From the NCBI GenBank assembly GCA_964499775.1, contig CAZCMK010000001.1, forward strand, positions 22,243 to 78,682: 56,440 nucleotides of DNA, written 5' to 3'. Source of the DNA: an uncultured Dehalococcoidales bacterium (lineage in GTDB: Bacteria > Chloroflexota > Dehalococcoidia > Dehalococcoidales > UBA2162). The notes under the pieces were generated by a model, which searched no databases, had not been told where the DNA came from, and worked only from the letters and a program-made list of their open reading frames with translations. Made by a program: the position numbers and the translations under genes. Numbering within the stretch: position 1 is the stretch's first letter; each line of letters starts with the position of its first letter. This document shows positions 1 through 9,330 of this stretch, piece after piece.

Positions 1-94
1 CACCGTTTGCCAGGGTAAGTACAGTATAGCGTAAGGCAATGTTCGTGTAAAATTTATATATAAGGTTCTGTTTACATCTATTTCTAGTATTGAC

Positions 95-355
95 CTCACC
101 CCCTTAATCCCCCTCTCCAGCCTGAACCTTTAAAAGGAAACGGGTATTCTTATGGCTGGAGAGGGGGAAAGAGTTGTTGAGAGGGGGCTTCGCCCCCTCT
201 CTTACTCATACTCCCCCTTTCAAGCATTCGAAGATTAGAATAGCATAAGAAGGTAGTGCGTGAGAGGGGGATTAATGCCTGCCCGCCGCACACCTGCCCG
301 CCGTCCGCCTTAGGCGGACTATGGCAGACGGGAGACTTTGGCAGGCGTGGGTGAG
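95..355. repeat. MITE-like structured palindromic element, family C copy 1, interrupted by a nested insertion
   Basis: Left terminus CTCACCCCCTTAATCCCCCTCTC (95-117) is the inverted complement of GAGAGGGGGATTAA (262-275) plus GTGGGTGAG (347-355), 22/23 matches. Internal hairpins are CTCTCCAGCC/GGCTGGAGAG and GAGAGGGGGCTTCGCCCCCTCTC. Homologous to 26918-27100. Confidence 0.75.
276..346. repeat. 71-nt palindromic element (GCCTGCC...GGCAGGC termini) nested inside the right terminal repeat of the family C element
   Basis: Removing 276-346 restores ATTAA+GTGGGTGAG, against ATTAAGGGGGTGAG in copy 2. The termini GCCTGCC/GGCAGGC are inverted. The core hairpin GTCCGCCTTAGGCGGAC (303-319) is shared with other intergenic repeats. 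Confidence 0.65.
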
Positions 356-454
356 TAAACTAACAGACCGGATTATATATAGAGTAAAATTTCAGAATGT
401 TTTTTTATGATGTGTTATTATAAGCCTGCCGCAGTATGGGTATAGCTGCATTCG

Positions 455-463
455 TGATATAAT
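455..463 (+). promoter_or_regulatory. putative extended -10 promoter (TGaTATAAT) upstream of tyrS
   Basis: TGATATAAT lies about 30 nt upstream of the tyrS ATG. The same TGnTATAAT pattern recurs upstream of other genes in the window. Confidence 0.35.
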
Positions 464-491
464 CAATCTAGTCTTAAATACAAGGGGAGTT

Positions 492-1778
492 ATGAACGCG
501 CAGTCTGTTACGAACGTATATGAAGAATACAGATGGAGAGGCATGATTTACGACAGCACGGAAGGGCTGGACGAAATACTTGCCAGAGAAAAGGTCAGCG
601 TATATATCGGCTTCGACCCTTCGGCACCTAGCCTGCATATCGGACACCTCATCCCTATTATCGGGCTTGTCCACCTGCAGCGTTACGGGCACACGCCTAT
701 TCCGGTTGTCGGCGGCGGCACCGGTCTTATCGGCGACCCCAGCGGCAAGACCGCGGAAAGACCTCTGCTGTCCAAGGAAGAGCTGAGCTTCAACCTGGAG
801 GGTATCAGAGAGCAGTTGGGTCGTTTTCTGGACTTCGAAACAAAAACCAATCCGGCGGTCATGGTGAATAATGCCGACTGGCTCTGCACCGTCAGCCTGA
901 CGGATTTCCTCCGCGATATCGGGAAGTACTTTTCCGTTAACGCCATGCTGGGAAAAGAAAGCGTGAGCGGCCGGCTGGGCAGAGACGGCATCTCGTATAC
1001 CGAGTTCTCCTACCTGCTGCTTCAGGCGTATGATTTCCTTACCCTGTACGAGCAGTACAACTGCACGGCGCAAATGGGAGCGAGCGACCAGTGGGGTAAT
1101 ATCACCGCCGGAATCGACCTTATCCGGCGTCTGCACGGCGCAAAGGCGCACGGCCTGGTCTTCCCCCTGCTGACAACTACCAGCGGCACCAAGTTCGGGA
1201 AATCGGAAGGAGAATCGGTATGGCTGGACGCCGAACAGACTTCTCCATACCAGTTTTACCAGCATTTGATAAATACCGAAGACAGCGACGTGGTAAACTA
1301 CCTGAAATTCTTAACCCTGCTTTCTCAGCCGGAAATAGAGGAACTGGCCGAGCTGGTGAAATCACGCCCCGAGAAGAGAGAAGCCCAGAAAAAACTGGCG
1401 CAGGAAGTAACCCGTCTCGTCCACGGTGAAACAGCTCTTAAGAAAGCCGAGCAGGCTACTGCGATACTCTTCGGAGAACGCATCGAGAACGTGGATTTGC
1501 AGGACCTTCTGGACATCTTCTCGGCGGCTCCTTCCATCAAGATGGACAGGTCCGGCTTCTCCGGCGAGGGAATGCCGCTGATAGACCTAGCGGTATCCGC
1601 AGAACTGGCGAAATCCAGGGGTGAAGCCAGGCGTACTATCGAGGGCGGGGGCATATACCTCCAGAATGTCCGCGAAGCCGACGTGAAACGGACAGTATCT
1701 CTGGAGGACGCAATCGAGGGCCAGGCTCTGGTCCTTCGCAAGGGACAGAGGGAATACCGGCTTATCCTGGTTTCCTGA
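492..1778 (+). CDS. tyrS: tyrosine--tRNA ligase
   Basis: 428 aa. Class I HIGH motif (LHIGHLIP), KMSKS-type motif KFGKS, and a C-terminal S4-like domain. ATG preceded by AAGGGGAG. Confidence 0.95.
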   Translation: MNAQSVTNVYEEYRWRGMIYDSTEGLDEILAREKVSVYIGFDPSAPSLHIGHLIPIIGLVHLQRYGHTPIPVVGGGTGLIGDPSGKTAERPLLSKEELSFNLEGIREQLGRFLDFETKTNPAVMVNNADWLCTVSLTDFLRDIGKYFSVNAMLGKESVSGRLGRDGISYTEFSYLLLQAYDFLTLYEQYNCTAQMGASDQWGNITAGIDLIRRLHGAKAHGLVFPLLTTTSGTKFGKSEGESVWLDAEQTSPYQFYQHLINTEDSDVVNYLKFLTLLSQPEIEELAELVKSRPEKREAQKKLAQEVTRLVHGETALKKAEQATAILFGERIENVDLQDLLDIFSAAPSIKMDRSGFSGEGMPLIDLAVSAELAKSRGEARRTIEGGGIYLQNVREADVKRTVSLEDAIEGQALVLRKGQREYRLILVS

Positions 1779-1802
1779 GACCAGCCTGATTGGAGGACGG
1801 GA

Positions 1803-2375
1803 GTGAAGGTTCTGGGTGTTTCCGGCAGTCCGAGAAGAAACGGTAACACGGATATACTGCTTGCCGAGGCCTTGCGGGGCGCCGCCGATAAAGGCGCCGA
1901 GGTCAAAACAATCGTCCTCAACAACCTGAAATTCGTTACCTGCCAGCACTGCGATGCCTGCCTCGAGAAGGGTATCTGCAGGATAAAGGACGATATGCAG
2001 GACATCTATGATGAGTTCGAGCAGGCGGATGTGATAGTGCTGGCTTCTCCAATCCAGTTCATGGGCATAACCGCCCCGATTAAGGCGATGATAGACCGGT
2101 TTCAGTCGAGATGGGCGCGGAAATACGTTCTTAAAATGCCTCCGCTGGGGGAGGCGAAAAGAAGAAAGGGCTTCTTTATATCCGTCGGAGGTACGAAGCT
2201 GAACAATCTTTTCGAACCTTCGCTGGTAATAATAAAGACCTTTTTCAGGCTCCTGGATATAGAGTATGCCGGAGATATACTGCTCCGGGGAATAGATGAA
2301 AAGGGCGCCATCAAGAACCACCCCGACGCCCTCCAGCAGGCTTATCAGGCAGGGCAAAGACTGGTTGAGGAGTAA
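1803..2375 (+). CDS. iron-sulfur flavoprotein (Isf-like, NADPH-dependent FMN reductase fold)
   Basis: 190 aa. Flavodoxin-like N-terminus GVSGSPRRNGNT plus the compact Cys motif CQHCDACLEKGIC (CX2CX2CX5C). GTG start after GGAGGA. Confidence 0.75.
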   Translation: MKVLGVSGSPRRNGNTDILLAEALRGAADKGAEVKTIVLNNLKFVTCQHCDACLEKGICRIKDDMQDIYDEFEQADVIVLASPIQFMGITAPIKAMIDRFQSRWARKYVLKMPPLGEAKRRKGFFISVGGTKLNNLFEPSLVIIKTFFRLLDIEYAGDILLRGIDEKGAIKNHPDALQQAYQAGQRLVEE

Positions 2376-2389
2376 ATACAGAGAATAAG

Positions 2390-3175
2390 GTGAAACTGTA
2401 TAACCTGTATATCCCGGCAGAGAATACAGTCCCCGTAGTGGCCAGTATCCCTCACAGCGGCACGTACGTCCCCAGTAGTGTACGTAAACAGTATAAGAGA
2501 AATCCCGAACCGATTCTGTCACCGGTTGACTGGCATCTTGATAAACTCTACGATTTCCTCTCGGAACTGGGAATTACCCTGATTCAAGCCACTCACAGCA
2601 GATACGTGGTAAATCTCAACCGCGGACCGGACGAACCCCTGTTCGGTCCCGAGAGTTCATGCGCTGTCCCCTGCGAAAACGCTTTTAAGAACCCCTTATA
2701 TGACAGAGAGCTAAGTAACAGTGAAATCAATGCCAGGATAAAGAAGTATTACACTCCCTACCACAACCGTCTGGCGGCGATATTGAATCAAATGATAAAT
2801 GAGCATGGAAAGGTCTATCTGCTCGACCTGCACGGTTACTTTGTCGGTCCTACGGAGAACGTATGCCTTGGCAACGTAAATGAGACTACCTGTTCGGAGC
2901 AACTGATAGGCAGCTTTGAAAGCTCGCTGAAAAAGCACGGTTTCAGCGTGGTGAGGAACGAGAAGTGGATAGGCGGGTACATAACCCGGCATTACGGCAG
3001 TAAGGATAATGTAGAAGCCCTGCAGATAGAGCTCAGGTTTCCCGCTTACCTGGATAGAGAATCTTTCGATGAAGAAGAAGTCAAAGAGTGGGATTCAGAT
3101 AAATTCAGAAACGCAAAAGAGAGGTTGCGTAAGGTATTCAGTGAAATAATAAAGGAGTTATGTGGTAGCTCCTAA
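2390..3175 (+). CDS. N-formylglutamate amidohydrolase family protein
   Basis: 261 aa. IPHSGTYVP and LLDLHG segments are typical of the FGase family (PF05013), as recalled. Confidence 0.6.
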   Translation: MKLYNLYIPAENTVPVVASIPHSGTYVPSSVRKQYKRNPEPILSPVDWHLDKLYDFLSELGITLIQATHSRYVVNLNRGPDEPLFGPESSCAVPCENAFKNPLYDRELSNSEINARIKKYYTPYHNRLAAILNQMINEHGKVYLLDLHGYFVGPTENVCLGNVNETTCSEQLIGSFESSLKKHGFSVVRNEKWIGGYITRHYGSKDNVEALQIELRFPAYLDRESFDEEEVKEWDSDKFRNAKERLRKVFSEIIKELCGSS

Positions 3176-3205
3176 CGGATTTATACTGAGAGAAAGGCAT
3201 ACTTA

Positions 3206-3325
3206 TGTCACCCTGAGTCCGCCTAAGGCGAGTGAAGGTTCTCAAGGATAAACAATGTCATCGTATTATCAGATTACCAATGAGATTCTTCGTCATCCGC
3301 CTTAGGCAGATTCCTCAGAATGACA
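3206..3325. repeat. nested palindromic intergenic element (family A variant)
   Basis: Left arm TGTCACCCTGAGTCCGCCTAAGGCGAG... (3206-3243) is approximately the reverse complement of the right arm GAGATTCTTCGTCATCCGCCTTAGGCAGATTCCTCAGAATGACA (3282-3325). Confidence 0.65.
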
Positions 3326-3384
3326 TATAAGCTAAGAAGGATAGATTTGAAAAAGTCTGAGATTATAAGCGAAAGCTATATTCA

Positions 3385-3460
3385 AAATCCCCCTTAGTCC
3401 CCCTTTGAAAAAGGGGGAAATTAGCTTCTCCCTTTATAAAAGGGAGATTGAGAGGGATTT
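3385..3460. repeat. G/C-run hairpin cluster (small family C variant)
   Basis: AAATCCCCCTTAGTCCCCCTTTGAAAAAGGGGGA is followed by TCTCCCTTTATAAAAGGGAGA and ...GAGGGATTT. Nearly the same 5-prime module occurs at 14573-14606. It overlaps the stop codon of the CoA-transferase gene. Confidence 0.6.
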
Positions 3461-4622
3461 AGGAACCTTTGGCCTTTTTTATCTTGTCTTCCGTGTAGCC
3501 GAGGGTGTCTTTCAGTACCTCGTCGGTGTGCTGACCGAGGGTTGGCGGGGGCTGGTGGCTGCCCTGAAGAGAGGGCATCATCATCGGGTTTCCGGCAAGC
3601 CTGATATTTCCTCCCAGCGAGTGCTCGATATCCAGTATCATATTCAGGTGTTTCACCTGCGGGTCTTCCACCGCCCGGTCGACCGTGTAAAGAGGTCCCG
3701 CTATAATATCCTCCACCTCCATCACCGCGAGCCATTCTGCGGTAGTTGCCCTCCGGAAGCATTTCTCTATCTCTTTATCGAGTTCTTGCCTGTTAGCCAG
3801 CCTGTCTTTTGTCTCGGCGAACCTGGGGTCGTCGACCAGCCAGTCTGCGCCGACGGCGTAGGCTATGCGGGGCCAGCAGGGTCCGAGGACAATCCAGGAA
3901 TCTTTTGTTTTATATGCACCGAAGGGCGCGGTAAACGGATAGCCGGAGCCAAGGGGGCCCGGCACCTCTCCCGAGCAGGTATAGTAGCTGATATGATAGC
4001 CCATAAGTGCTATTCCCGCCGCCAGCAGGGGTACGTCTATGTTCTGTCCCTCTCCAGTCGTTTCACGCTGGTAAAGAGCGCTGATAGCAGCGATAACGCC
4101 GTACAGGGCGCAGGTGATATCGCACACCGCCGGTCCGGGTCTTACCGGACGGCCGCCCGGCTCTCCGGTAACGCTCAGGAGTCCGCTCATTCCGGCGGCG
4201 ATGCTGTCCACCACCGGCAGGTCCCGTTTCGGTCCGGAAGGTCCCATCCCGGAGAGGTTGACGCTGATTATGCGGGGATTGATTTTTTTCAGCGTTTCGT
4301 GGTCGGCGCCTATCCTTCCCATCGTCCCGGGCCTGAAGTTGTTTATTACCACATCGGACACCTTTACCAGGTCGTAAAACACTTCCCTGCCGGAAGGTTT
4401 TTTCATATTCAGCACCACGCTTTTCTTGTTGCGGTTCCAGCTTAAAAAGTGGTTGGACTCGCCTTTATGGTTCGGCCCCACCGTCAGCCTGCTTTTGTCA
4501 CCCACTTCAGGCTCAATCTTGATTACTTCGGCTCCCAGGTCGCCCATTGTCATCGAGGCAACGGGACTCGCCAGGTAGTTTTCAATCGCCAGGACTCTTA
4601 CTCCGGAAAGTGGACCTTTCAT
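3459..4622 (-). CDS. family III CoA-transferase (CaiB/BaiF family)
   Basis: 387 aa. The N-terminus GVRVLAIENYLASP...LGAEVIKIEP is typical of the family. Confidence 0.85.
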   Translation of the reverse strand: MKGPLSGVRVLAIENYLASPVASMTMGDLGAEVIKIEPEVGDKSRLTVGPNHKGESNHFLSWNRNKKSVVLNMKKPSGREVFYDLVKVSDVVINNFRPGTMGRIGADHETLKKINPRIISVNLSGMGPSGPKRDLPVVDSIAAGMSGLLSVTGEPGGRPVRPGPAVCDITCALYGVIAAISALYQRETTGEGQNIDVPLLAAGIALMGYHISYYTCSGEVPGPLGSGYPFTAPFGAYKTKDSWIVLGPCWPRIAYAVGADWLVDDPRFAETKDRLANRQELDKEIEKCFRRATTAEWLAVMEVEDIIAGPLYTVDRAVEDPQVKHLNMILDIEHSLGGNIRLAGNPMMMPSLQGSHQPPPTLGQHTDEVLKDTLGYTEDKIKKAKGS

Positions 4623-4803
4623 TTTGCTGTCTCCTTAAATCAGTCTGTACCGCACAATATCGCCGGATACGGAATTTAAATCAATACTTAAACAATTTTA
4701 GCACAGTGTTGTCAATACTACCGGCTATCCGGTGGACAAATAATCAGTAAGCAGTTAAGATTATTTTACTCGAACCGTCAAACGTTCGGGAAAGGAGGGG
4801 GAA

Positions 4804-5874
4804 ATGCCTGACCTTCTATCAAACACGATTAAGATGATAAAACCGCTGGATGAAAAAGCCATTGCCGAAGCCAGGGCGAGGCAGGATATGCTGACCAAGC
4901 CGCGGGGGAGTCTGGGCAGGCTGGAAGACCTGTCCGTGCAGCTCGCCGGAATCCAGGGTAAGCCAATACCCGAACTGAAACAAAAGGCTGTTATCACCAT
5001 GGCAGCCGACCACGGAGTGGTAGCCGAAGGAGTGGGCAACTGGCCGCAGGAAGTAACCGCTCAGATGGTGGATAACTTTCTCAGGGGCGGTGCCGGAATT
5101 AACATCATGGCAGCCCAGGCAGGAGCCCGGAACATAATCGTGGATATGGGAGTCGCCGCCGTGCTTGAATCCAATCCCCGGCTTATATCAAGGAGAATAG
5201 CCCCCGGCACCGGGAATATAGCCTCCGGTCCTGCCATGACCATGAAACAGGCGGTCAAAGCTATCGAGACGGGAATAGAGATAGTGAATGACGAGGTAGC
5301 CAGAGGACTGGATATAGTCGGCACCGGCGATATGGGTATCGGCAATACCACCGCCAGCAGCGCCATCTGCGTCGTTATGACGGGAAAGCAAGCCGCCGAG
5401 GTTACCGGAAGAGGCACCGGCATAAGCGACGAACAGCTATTACACAAAATCGACGTGGTAAACAGGGCGGTGACGGTGAATACACCCGACCCCTCGAAGC
5501 CTCTGGAGGTAATAGCAAAGGTGGGAGGCTTCGAAATCGGCGGGCTTGCCGGTGTGATGCTGGGAGCCGCCGCTCAACGTATCCCGGTTGTTATCGACGG
5601 GTTTATCTCCGGTTCGGCGGCGCTGCTTGCCGTAGCTCTTTCTCCGGGACTTAAAAATTATCTTATTGCTTCTCATATTTCATCTGAGGAAGGTCACGGG
5701 GTAATACTCGAACAACTGGAACTAAAACCGCTATTGAGCCTGGGCATGCGTCTCGGTGAAGGTACCGGCGCTGCCCTGGGGATATGCCTGTGCGAGACAG
5801 CCGTTAAAATCCTCACCGGGATGTCCACCTTCGACGAAGCCGGGGTATCGGAGAAGAACGAGGAGGACAGTTGA
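4804..5874 (+). CDS. cobT: nicotinate-nucleotide--dimethylbenzimidazole phosphoribosyltransferase
   Basis: 356 aa. Contains SLGRLEDL, GDMGIGNTT and GEGTGA segments. ATG after AAGGAGGGGGA. Confidence 0.9.
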   Translation: MPDLLSNTIKMIKPLDEKAIAEARARQDMLTKPRGSLGRLEDLSVQLAGIQGKPIPELKQKAVITMAADHGVVAEGVGNWPQEVTAQMVDNFLRGGAGINIMAAQAGARNIIVDMGVAAVLESNPRLISRRIAPGTGNIASGPAMTMKQAVKAIETGIEIVNDEVARGLDIVGTGDMGIGNTTASSAICVVMTGKQAAEVTGRGTGISDEQLLHKIDVVNRAVTVNTPDPSKPLEVIAKVGGFEIGGLAGVMLGAAAQRIPVVIDGFISGSAALLAVALSPGLKNYLIASHISSEEGHGVILEQLELKPLLSLGMRLGEGTGAALGICLCETAVKILTGMSTFDEAGVSEKNEEDS

Positions 5875-6644
5875 GTTTCCCTGCCGCCCTCAGATTCCTG
5901 ACGATTATTTACGTTCCAACCTGGCGTGAAGAAAGCGCCGGCGAGGTCGGACGCTCTACCGTCTGGTTTCCCCTCGTGGGACTGATTATCGGGCTCATCC
6001 TTGTGGGTCTCGAGTGGATTTTCAATCTGTTTCTACCCAACGCAGTAACGAACGGACTGTTAATCGTTTCGCTGGTAGTAATTACCGGCGCCCTGCACCT
6101 GGACGGCTTCGTCGATACCTGCGACGGCATTGCCGGACACAAGTCGGCCGAAGAAAGGTGGAAGGTCATGCATGACAGCCGCGCCGGAGCCTTCGGTATA
6201 GTCGGCGTGGCTTTACTGCTGATAATGAAGTTCGTATTACTGAACAGCATCCCGCCGGGTCTGATACCGGTAGCGCTGGTGCTTATGCCGGTTATCGGTC
6301 GCTGGGCGATGGTCTATGCCGTTTTCACCTACCCTTATGCCCGACCGGACGGACTGGGAAAGGCATTCAAGCAGGGAACGGGCTGGCAGCGATTTACCGT
6401 AGCCACCGTAATAACTCTGGCAGCGGCTACACTGGTCTCGTGGACTTCCGATTTGAATTATTTCTACCTGGCAGGCGTGGTGGGGATGTTTGTCATCTGG
6501 ATTATTACCGTCTGCGCTTCCGGGTATTTCAAGCGTAAATTTTCAGGGCTCACCGGCGACACCTACGGCGCCGTCAACGAGCTTGCGGAGGCCGGCGTTC
6601 TGTTAATGGTCAGTATAGCGGCTTTTAATAACTGGATAGTTTGA
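5871..6644 (+). CDS. cobS: adenosylcobinamide-GDP ribazoletransferase (cobalamin synthase)
   Basis: 257-aa polytopic membrane protein with LHLDGFVDTCDG. TTG start overlaps the cobT stop by 4 nt. Confidence 0.85.
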   Translation: MSFPAALRFLTIIYVPTWREESAGEVGRSTVWFPLVGLIIGLILVGLEWIFNLFLPNAVTNGLLIVSLVVITGALHLDGFVDTCDGIAGHKSAEERWKVMHDSRAGAFGIVGVALLLIMKFVLLNSIPPGLIPVALVLMPVIGRWAMVYAVFTYPYARPDGLGKAFKQGTGWQRFTVATVITLAAATLVSWTSDLNYFYLAGVVGMFVIWIITVCASGYFKRKFSGLTGDTYGAVNELAEAGVLLMVSIAAFNNWIV

Positions 6645-7273
6645 ATAGTCAGGAGAGACTGTTGGCAAGACTGCTTCTGGTAAGACACGGAATCACCGAA
6701 CACAACAGCAACCGTCAGTTTGCCGGTAATATTGATGTGGAACTGAGCCCGGACGGCTACCGGCAGGCGGAGAAGCTGGGCGACCGCCTGGCGGGAGAGA
6801 AGATAGATGCCGTATATTCCAGCGACCTAAAAAGGGCGGTGGCTACCGCCGAAATCATCGCTTCGCGGCATGACGTTGCTATAACACAGCGTCCTGAAAT
6901 CAGGGAAATGAACTACGGCGAAGCGGAAGGTATGTCTTTCAGCGAAATCCGTCAGTGTTACCCGGAGGTAGCTGCATCGATTTTCGACTTTAACGTGGAT
7001 TTAAGCTTCCCCGGCGGGGACAGCTTCAAGGAGTTCGCAGCGCGGGCATGCGGTTTCCTTGAAACACTGGAGGATTACAGAGAAGAGCAGACTGTGCTCA
7101 TTGTTACTCATGGCGGCGTGTTGAAGGTAATGGTATGCGATTTAATGGGAATTGACCACAGTCACTTCCAGCAGATACGCTTCGATAACGCTTCTTTGAG
7201 TATCGTGTATACCTATCCCGGAAGAGTAATACTCAGCCTGCTGAACGACACTTCTCATTTAAAGGAAGGTTAG
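6641..7273 (+). CDS. cobC: alpha-ribazole phosphatase / histidine phosphatase family
   Basis: 210 aa. RHGITEHN catalytic motif and a later THGGV motif. 4-nt overlap with cobS. Confidence 0.8.
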   Translation: MNSQERLLARLLLVRHGITEHNSNRQFAGNIDVELSPDGYRQAEKLGDRLAGEKIDAVYSSDLKRAVATAEIIASRHDVAITQRPEIREMNYGEAEGMSFSEIRQCYPEVAASIFDFNVDLSFPGGDSFKEFAARACGFLETLEDYREEQTVLIVTHGGVLKVMVCDLMGIDHSHFQQIRFDNASLSIVYTYPGRVILSLLNDTSHLKEG

Positions 7274-7274
7274 C

Positions 7275-7952
7275 ATGCAGAAGGTTTTTACATCGTGGAG
7301 TGGTGGTAAGGATAGCTGCTACGCCTGCTATCAGGCTATCCAGAGCGGCCTCGACGTCCGCTACCTGGTGAATATGATGGACGAGAAAGGCGAGTGGTCG
7401 TGGGTACACAGGTTCCCTGTCGACGTACTGAAGCAGCAGTCTGAGGCAACGGGAATCCCGCTGGTACACAGTCCGTCAACCATGCCCACCTATGAAGATG
7501 ATTTCAAGAAGGTCATTCTGGAACTGAAGAAGGACGACATAGAGGGCGGCGTTTTCGGCGATATCGACCTCGATGAGCACAGGGAGTGGGTCGAGAGGAT
7601 ATGCAGCCTTTCCGGTGTGACCGCCCACCTCCCACTCTGGGGACTTTCACAGGACGAGATTTTGAGAGATTTTATCGGGCTGGGATTCGAGGCGGTAATC
7701 GTGGCGCATAACGAGAAATACTTCGGCGAGGAATGGCTGGAAAGAAAGGTGGACATGGACTTCCTCGCCCATCTTGCCGAACTGGCGAAGGAAACGGATA
7801 TCACGCCGTGCGGTGAAGCGGGGGAATACCATACGCTGGTTATCGACGGTCCCATATTCGACCGGCGGATAGAAATACTGGAAACGGAGAACAGATACAA
7901 CAACGGCTACTGGTTTCTGGAGATACAAAAAAGCAAACTCAGAGACAAGTAA
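7275..7952 (+). CDS. PP-loop ATP pyrophosphatase of the MJ0570/Dph6 (diphthine-ammonia ligase-like, ATP_bind_4) family
   Basis: 225 aa. PP-loop SWSGGKDS, PLW and GEAGEYHT motifs. ATG lies 1 nt after the cobC stop. Confidence 0.75.
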   Translation: MQKVFTSWSGGKDSCYACYQAIQSGLDVRYLVNMMDEKGEWSWVHRFPVDVLKQQSEATGIPLVHSPSTMPTYEDDFKKVILELKKDDIEGGVFGDIDLDEHREWVERICSLSGVTAHLPLWGLSQDEILRDFIGLGFEAVIVAHNEKYFGEEWLERKVDMDFLAHLAELAKETDITPCGEAGEYHTLVIDGPIFDRRIEILETENRYNNGYWFLEIQKSKLRDK

Positions 7953-7984
7953 CCACCTGACATGGTTTTATAGTATCAAGGGAG

Positions 7985-8542
7985 GTGAGGCAGATAAATA
8001 TACTGATTACCGGGGGAGCACGTAGCGGCAAGAGCCGTTTCGCCCAGGAGCTTGCCTCGAAATCCAATGAAAAGGTGCTTTTCGTAGCCACCGCCGAAGC
8101 CCTCGACGAGGAAATGCGGCTGCGTATCGAGGAGCACAAGCATACCAGACCAGCCTCGTGGATCACACTCGAAGTAAACTCCGGGACAGGCGGGGAGATT
8201 CTGGCAAAGATTGGCGACGCCCGGGTGGTGTTAATCGACTGTATAACTTTGCTAATCAACAGTATTTTCAATCGGTCAACCGAACCTGCCAGCGGCCACA
8301 TCGATGCCTCGCTTGCGGAAAAAGAGGTCGAAGAAGAGATACACGGGCTTATCGAAAGCATGAATAGTCTCGATGCCAGCTTTATTATCGTCACTAACGA
8401 GGTCGGCATGGGGCTGGTACCTGCCAATGAGACGGGAAGGCTGTACCGCGATTTGCTGGGAAAGGCTAACAGCGTCCTCGCCGGTTACGTCGACGAGGTA
8501 TATTTGATTGTCTCCGGCTTACCAGTCAAAATCAAGCCGTAA
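7985..8542 (+). CDS. cobU: bifunctional adenosylcobinamide kinase / adenosylcobinamide-phosphate guanylyltransferase
   Basis: 185 aa. P-loop ITGGARSGKS; VTNEVGMG segment. Confidence 0.85.
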   Translation: MRQINILITGGARSGKSRFAQELASKSNEKVLFVATAEALDEEMRLRIEEHKHTRPASWITLEVNSGTGGEILAKIGDARVVLIDCITLLINSIFNRSTEPASGHIDASLAEKEVEEEIHGLIESMNSLDASFIIVTNEVGMGLVPANETGRLYRDLLGKANSVLAGYVDEVYLIVSGLPVKIKP

Positions 8543-8625
8543 AAAGAGTCCTGAGACCGGTCTTTTTTGCCCCATTCTTCCCGCCGTGATAAACTTAGAA
8601 CATATTTTGTTACCTGAGGTAATGC

Positions 8626-9258
8626 GTGTCTCTTTTCATAACTTTCGAGGGAGCCGAGGGAAGCGGCAAATCTTATCAGGCAGGGCAGTTATATAAAAGG
8701 CTGTCCGGCATGGCCATTCCTACGGTTCTCACTCACGAGCCCGGCGGCACGCCGCTAGGGGAGAAAGTATCCCGCCTGGTGAAGTGGGCACAGGATGCGG
8801 ACATATCACCAATGACAGAGCTGCTGCTGTTTAACGCTTCCCGCGCCCAGCACGTGAAAGATGTCATCCGACCTGCGTTAGAAAGCGGGAAAACGGTTAT
8901 CTGCGACCGTTTCTACGATTCAACCACGGTATACCAGAGCTACGGACGTGGACTCGACCTGGAGGTGGTTAAAAACGTTAATAATACCGCCACCGGCGGG
9001 CTAAGTCCCGATTTAACGGTGCTGCTGGATATAACGCCGGATAAAGGTCTCGACCGGAAAAGAGGAAAGAACCGGGACAGGTTCGAGAGTGAGGATATGG
9101 TTTTCCACCGCAGGGTGAGGGAGGGATATCTAAGGCTGGCGGCTGAAGAGCCGGGACGCTGGCTGGTAATAGACGCCCTCCAGACCAGGGCGAAGATTAA
9201 AGATTTTATATGGCAGAGAATGAGCAGGCTGCTCTCCATTAAGGCAGCCGACTCTTAG
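8626..9258 (+). CDS. tmk: dTMP (thymidylate) kinase
   Basis: 210 aa. FEGAEGSGKS P-loop and DRF motif. Confidence 0.9.
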   Translation: MSLFITFEGAEGSGKSYQAGQLYKRLSGMAIPTVLTHEPGGTPLGEKVSRLVKWAQDADISPMTELLLFNASRAQHVKDVIRPALESGKTVICDRFYDSTTVYQSYGRGLDLEVVKNVNNTATGGLSPDLTVLLDITPDKGLDRKRGKNRDRFESEDMVFHRRVREGYLRLAAEEPGRWLVIDALQTRAKIKDFIWQRMSRLLSIKAADS

Positions 9259-9330
9259 CTGTTAATTTATGTAAAGTATATACGGTTTGCGGAAAGCATA
9301 AACAAACCAGGTAGAAAGGATATATCCCGT

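Noticed and set aside
1-491. T-box leader upstream of tyrS
   Set aside because: I found no T-box consensus (AANNNGGGTGGTACCGCG-like) or specifier/antiterminator arrangement. The region is occupied by the MITE-like repeat and a short promoter-proximal leader.
3405-4445. Long ORFs antisense to well-supported genes: 3405-4445 (+), 474-1265 (-), 1587-2522 (-), 9520-10368 (-), 13327-14025 (+), 30164-31117 (-), 44743-45342 (-) and 50091-50645 (-).
   Set aside because: Each lies fully inside a gene with clear family motifs on the opposite strand. Their translations are low-complexity (R/G/P/S-rich) with no recognisable motifs or SD sequences, which is typical of shadow ORFs in moderately GC-rich DNA.
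4623-4803. Cobalamin riboswitch upstream of cobT
   Set aside because: No B12-box-like sequence or the conserved GCCACTG-type pairing elements were visible in the 180-nt divergent region. Only a 5-bp hairpin lies next to the SD.
8543-8625. Intrinsic terminator after cobU (AAAAAGAGTCCTGAGACCGGTCTTTTTT)
   Set aside because: The only pairing is the self-complementary GACCGGTC, which has essentially no loop. This is too weak to call.
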